Below, piece by piece: positions 59,312 to 64,000 of a DNA stretch of 64,000 bases. The notes under the pieces were generated by a model. The model was not told where the DNA came from, did no database searches, and was given only the letters and a program-made list of their open reading frames with translations. The stretch is from Carcharhinus longimanus (taxonomy: Eukaryota). The DNA lies in contig JASCQW010000027.1 of the NCBI GenBank assembly GCA_030264375.1, positions 100,592,214 through 100,656,213 on the forward strand. The letters are read 5' to 3'. Positions within the stretch are counted from its first letter, which is position 1, and every line of letters begins with the position of its first letter. Position numbers and translations under genes: made by a program.

Positions 59312-62300
59312 TTGTATGTGGTCTAGCATTGTAAATTGAGAGTATTTTGTGTATCTGCCAAATTATAAACAAGTCCCCAACAGTTGTAATCGCATAATAA
59401 ATGGTGCAATGGAACTAAACTCAGGGCTTAATTAAAATGATTTTCTCCAATTTTGTTCAGAAACCATTTTCCAGCTTAGTCTTTCGAACTGAAACAATTC
59501 CCTTCCATCTAATGATGAGAAATACTTATAACAGCTAAAGTATATACCACAGAAAATGTTGCAAAATGAACCATATTACCAAGTTGAAAAGCTGGACCTG
59601 CCTTGAAGAATCTCTTGACTTTTGTGAATGGAAGCAGAAAACAATGAAACAGCTGAGTCTTTGGTTGGTTAATTTTCTTGAATCTTCAGCTACTGATTTA
59701 ACTACAGTTGCAAGGTTCTTGTTGACTTGTACATTTCTTTGTAGACAGACTTAACCAAGTGCTGAATAAGTATTAATGTGGTGGAATGGTACCATTTACA
59801 CCATAAGAAATAGCACGTTAATCTAAATTGTAACGCTGCTTGACAGACACATTTCTCCAAGTCTGCAGAATTAATTTTGTCAGCCTTGGCTGAGTTCTGC
59901 AAAACACTTTTGGTTGCAGAATGCAAAGGTGACGGATTCAGTAATGCCAACCCTGAGAAGCTCAGGGTCACTGTGGGAACAATGGAAATGTCACTTTTAA
60001 CTAGTGAGCTGTTGGAGAGGACCCTTCTGAGGCTGCAGCTTTTAGACATTGAATCATGAGAGCATTTTCAGAATGCCAAGAAGTACTGTGTGCTCGCTAG
60101 TTGCTGACCTAGATACATCTACCGCAGTGCAACAGCAGACAAAATGGGCAAAAGGAAGCTGCTAAAATAAAGAAAAACTGAGTTTGTAAGTTAATCCTTC
60201 ACTGATGAAAAGATATTTATCATGAGATTGTGTTTTTTTTTTGCTTAAATCGATTTTTCTATACCATACATCGTTCTCAGTTAAATGGGCTAGCAAATAA
60301 ACTGCTCCCATGACCTTGGCAATTCTGACGACTTGGCTGATCTTTCTACCTCATTCCAAATGACTCAGCCAAGATGAGGTGAACCATAAGCACCCACTGT
60401 ATCCAGTTGCATTAGCCCCCACCTCCAGCAGCTACAACTGATGCATCTTTCTTTGAAGAAGTGGATTAATTCATCTAACAGTCGGATTGTTTTCAGTAAT
60501 TTTTTTTTCAATTTCTCTCCATTCTTCAAAATCTCTCAACTGATTGGCTTCTGTTTCAGATCTGCAAAAGGTGCTTGGATGTTTGATAAACTAAACATCT
60601 TTAATGGTTGCAAGTTATTCCATTGGGAAACATTGTATCCATGAGGAAGTGGCTTAAGGGGAGCAAAGCAAAAATGATCACTATTCTACCTGAACTTTGT
60701 TATTCAGTTATTTATTTACTCAAGACTGCCTGCACGTAACAGCTGACTCCGTGCGACATTCTATGTTAATCGACATGAATTAATACTATTTTTTTGGAAA
60801 GCTTGGTTAATCTCCCCAACTTCATGGTAACTGAAGTGGAGATAGGGGCTGGGACAGTAGGATGGGGGTGGGGGGGAGAGCTGTGTCAGGCCAGTGTCCC
60901 AATGCATTTGTGCTGCTGGGTACTGCCTGAGAAGTAGATCACACGGAGGTGGGCAGGCAACTTTAGAAGTTTAGGCTCCAAAATGGGCAATTTTGCACTA
61001 GTGTGGGCATCTTGCTGATGGTGGTAGAGCACCGGCTTGCCATGAGGGGAGGCTGCCAGCTACATAGAAGTACCCTCTCTGCAGCATTCCAAGAGATCAT
61101 TGGAGTCAGAGATTTTGACATTTAAAGGTGGGGTTATGGGCACCATTGATCCAAGTGCTGGTGTTTCCTCTCTCAGCTGAGGGTCCTCCCACCTGAGCCC
61201 CTCTAATTCATTGGGCGAGACTTGCTGCCACCCCCAACAGCAGTGGAGTTGGCCCACCCCGGCTGCTGGTTGGATCTTCCATCCTGCCACTCTTCATGGG
61301 ATTTCACATTGTTTACTTATCCTCTGCTGCTGGGATACGTGTGATGGGGTTGATGAGGTCACTGTCAGTGGGTCTGGAAAATCTCACTCATTAACTTTAT
61401 ACCTCCATGTTGAGGCTTCCTTCTATTCTCAGATCTGCTTTATTTCCACCCACTACTCCCTAGGGGGCTTACTGAGCCTTGAGGGCAGCCAGCATTCTGA
61501 TTGGGCTAGTTTGAAGCCAAGAAACCAGCTCCTGCCTGACTTGCAGACTCGAGACTTTATTTGGCCCCAAAGTTGGTGTTCTGAGGCCCCTCCAAAAATC
61601 TTGCTTGGAATGATTTCTCCTCTGAATGATACAGAAGCGCAGCAATCTCTTCAAATTAGGACAGTTAAAATATAGGTTACTGTAGGGATCTGGAATTTGT
61701 TCATTCACTATGCTTGAGGGTTGAATGGGGCACAGTGGCATCCGTTTGCTGGAGCAGACGAGTGAAGGAGCAGAGAGAGGCAGATAAGAATTTACCTGTT
61801 AAAAACCTGCTTAAAATAANNNNNNNNNNNNNNNNNNNNNNNNNNNNNNNNNNNNNNNNNNNNNNNNNNNNNNNNNNNNNNNNNNNNNNNNNNNNNNNNN
61901 NNNNNNNNNNNNNNNNNNNTTTCTTATGTTCTTATGTTCACTCGCCTGCACCCCTCACCTGTGCCCCTCCCAAAAAACACCAGCTTGCTTGTGGTTTGGG
62001 CTCCACCTTGATCCTGGAACTCCAATGCCTGTCCTTCTGGCAGCAACCATGACCTACCCAGTGGCGCTGCTGAGCACAAGAGCTGCTGGCCTCTGATCTC
62101 TCGATTCCAGGGGAAGGCCCACTGCTAGCCTTGCCAACCCTCGATTAGCATGCTGTTTGACGGGCCTTCCCACAAAGGAGCAGCACGGGTTTCTCACTGG
62201 CTTTCCAGCCAGCAGGCGAGACTCTCATTACCTCAAGAGGATTTCGCCTGATCAGTATCTGAAACAAGAAAAGATTAACAATCAAGCCAAGTGGATGTTT

Positions 62301-63853
62301 TTTGTGCGACGAAGTGAAATGTTAACCTGCATTCCCCTTGCAAACACTGAGTAAAACTACAACTGCTGCTCTTTGAACTTGCAATTTTTTTTTTGTGCAT
62401 CTTTGCTGTGGAATAGCAAATAGTTATTTATTTCAACAAGTATGAAGATTCAGTTAAACAGATATGTACTTGCACTGAGATCTACTTGTGTTCTCTGTAC
62501 AATTTTCAATTACCTTGCCTCAAACAGTGAAGGAGATCCTGATTTCATTTATTGCTGATTTGCTTCAGTCTGATGTCACTGACGCTTGCCTCTCCTGGAG
62601 CCCATGTAGGAACGTTGACCACCTGCTGTTGGCATGACGACCCCATCACTTAAGAACAAGAAGATTGAAAGATGGCAAAATGACAACGGAAAAGACAAGA
62701 TTGATATTAAAAATTAATCAGATGGAATACGAACAAAAAACAGACCTAATTGTTGATGGGAGCTAGGTGAAATGCACAGCCTTTTCCTGGATCCATGCTC
62801 TGAGATTAAAAATTGCTCTGTGTTTTTATAGGGTACAGAGTGACTCCTTTTCTGATGAGGCTGCAAATCATCTCAGCATGGAAATAATGCTGATAAATTG
62901 CTCCAGTTTCTTCTTGCTTTGATCCTCCATCCTTGGACATGCTTTAGGTTTTGAACATAATGCACATACAGACGTAAAAATATAAACTGTACATACTATC
63001 ATCCCATGATGTGCAGCCGGCAAGGTTACCCGTAAACGTACTGATGCAAAAACACTCAAACTCCTGAGGTTTGCCAGGGGAACACCCCATCTCTTCCCTA
63101 TTTGTCTGATGGAAGTCAAGGAGAAATACGTTAACCACAGTTTAAAAACGTGAGGAGTCCAAGAGAATTGAACAACAAGAACTGAAATGTGAAGGATCTG
63201 GGTGGTGGGGCCAGTGGGCAGGGGGAGGAATGGATATATGAAAGGTGACAATAAAAGACAAAATAAATGGGAAAAGCAGAGTGAGACAAGAAAAAAAAAT
63301 TGAGCGGAAAATGGCTGCTTGGTAAATTAATTTGTCTTCATTGCCCACTCAAATTTATCTACCCATTTTTACATATTTGACTGCAGTTCAGCATACATTT
63401 AAGAATCCCATATTGGGCTTAAATAATGGACAACTATATAATTTTCATCCAGTGTAGCATATGCATGAAACTTGACTCTGCAATACCAGTAATTTTGGTG
63501 CCAGTACAGGAGGAAAAAGACATCACACTGACTTTTCCTTTTTGAAGGAATGAACATGTGGATTACTTGTGCGCCAGAACTATTCAGAGCAGGCAGATTG
63601 CGACATGCAAGTCAGTGCCACAGACTGATTAGGTACCCAGCCTGTCACTTTCCAACTCACCGCTCTTGTTAACTTAAATATGCATTGCTGAACGTGCATC
63701 AGCAGTATGAGGGACCCCTGCTCATGTTATTTGTAGGTTTGCATCTAACTTAAAGGTTAGTTTCTTATTAACGTCTACAGACTGTTGCTGAACTTGCAGT
63801 AGTGCTGGTTACACGCACCAGTTGAGAACAGTGGAAAACAATGTCTCGTGGGC

Positions 63854-64000
63854 AAAAAGCAGGACAAATCCATCCTAAACAATTACCGCCCCATCATTCT
63901 ACCCTTGTTCATCAGTAAAGTAATGGAAAGGGTCACCAACAGTGCTATTAAGTGGCTTTCATTCAGCAATAACCTGCTTACTGATGCTCAGTTTGGGTTC
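63854..64000 (+). mobile_element. L2/CR1-group LINE RT N-terminal fragment (runs off the window)
   Basis: Open frame KKQDKSILNNYRPIILPLFISKVMERVTNSAIKWLSFSNNLLTDAQFGF (NYRPI...SKxME...QFGF RT motifs). Confidence 0.88.

Noticed and set aside
59702-60059. Overlapping 115-aa (-) and 60-aa (+) ORFs
   Set aside because: No recognisable domain or flanking splice sites; cannot be supported from sequence alone.
1-64000. CRISPR arrays, operons or other prokaryotic systems
   Set aside because: The sequence is vertebrate repeat-rich DNA, with no regularly spaced repeat-spacer array or gene-dense region.

Overview
Vertebrate, almost certainly shark (elasmobranch), genomic DNA from a gapped scaffold (14 N-runs, most inside young repeats). 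I could not recognise any host protein-coding exon, tRNA, rRNA or miRNA gene. The window reads as intronic or intergenic DNA. It is packed with HE1-type V-SINEs (two tail types), CR1/HER1-type LINE fragments, Rex1/Babar fragments, an L2/CR1-group LINE that appears to carry a tRNA-derived head, Deu-domain SINEs, MITE-like elements and a candidate solo LTR. These are separated by repeat-free AT-rich blocks that resemble conserved non-coding enhancers. The most notable signal is a family of short, non-coding, palindromic elements (4 copies, 3 with 9-15 bp flanking direct repeats). The family carries a minimal type I hammerhead ribozyme motif of the kind described in Penelope-like retroelement pseudo-LTRs, and one copy (18079-18113, minus strand) retains an intact catalytic core. 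Family assignments come from my recall of consensus motifs, not from a database search, and repeat boundaries are approximate. Most ORFs in the supplied track are repeat-derived, gap-spanning or random.
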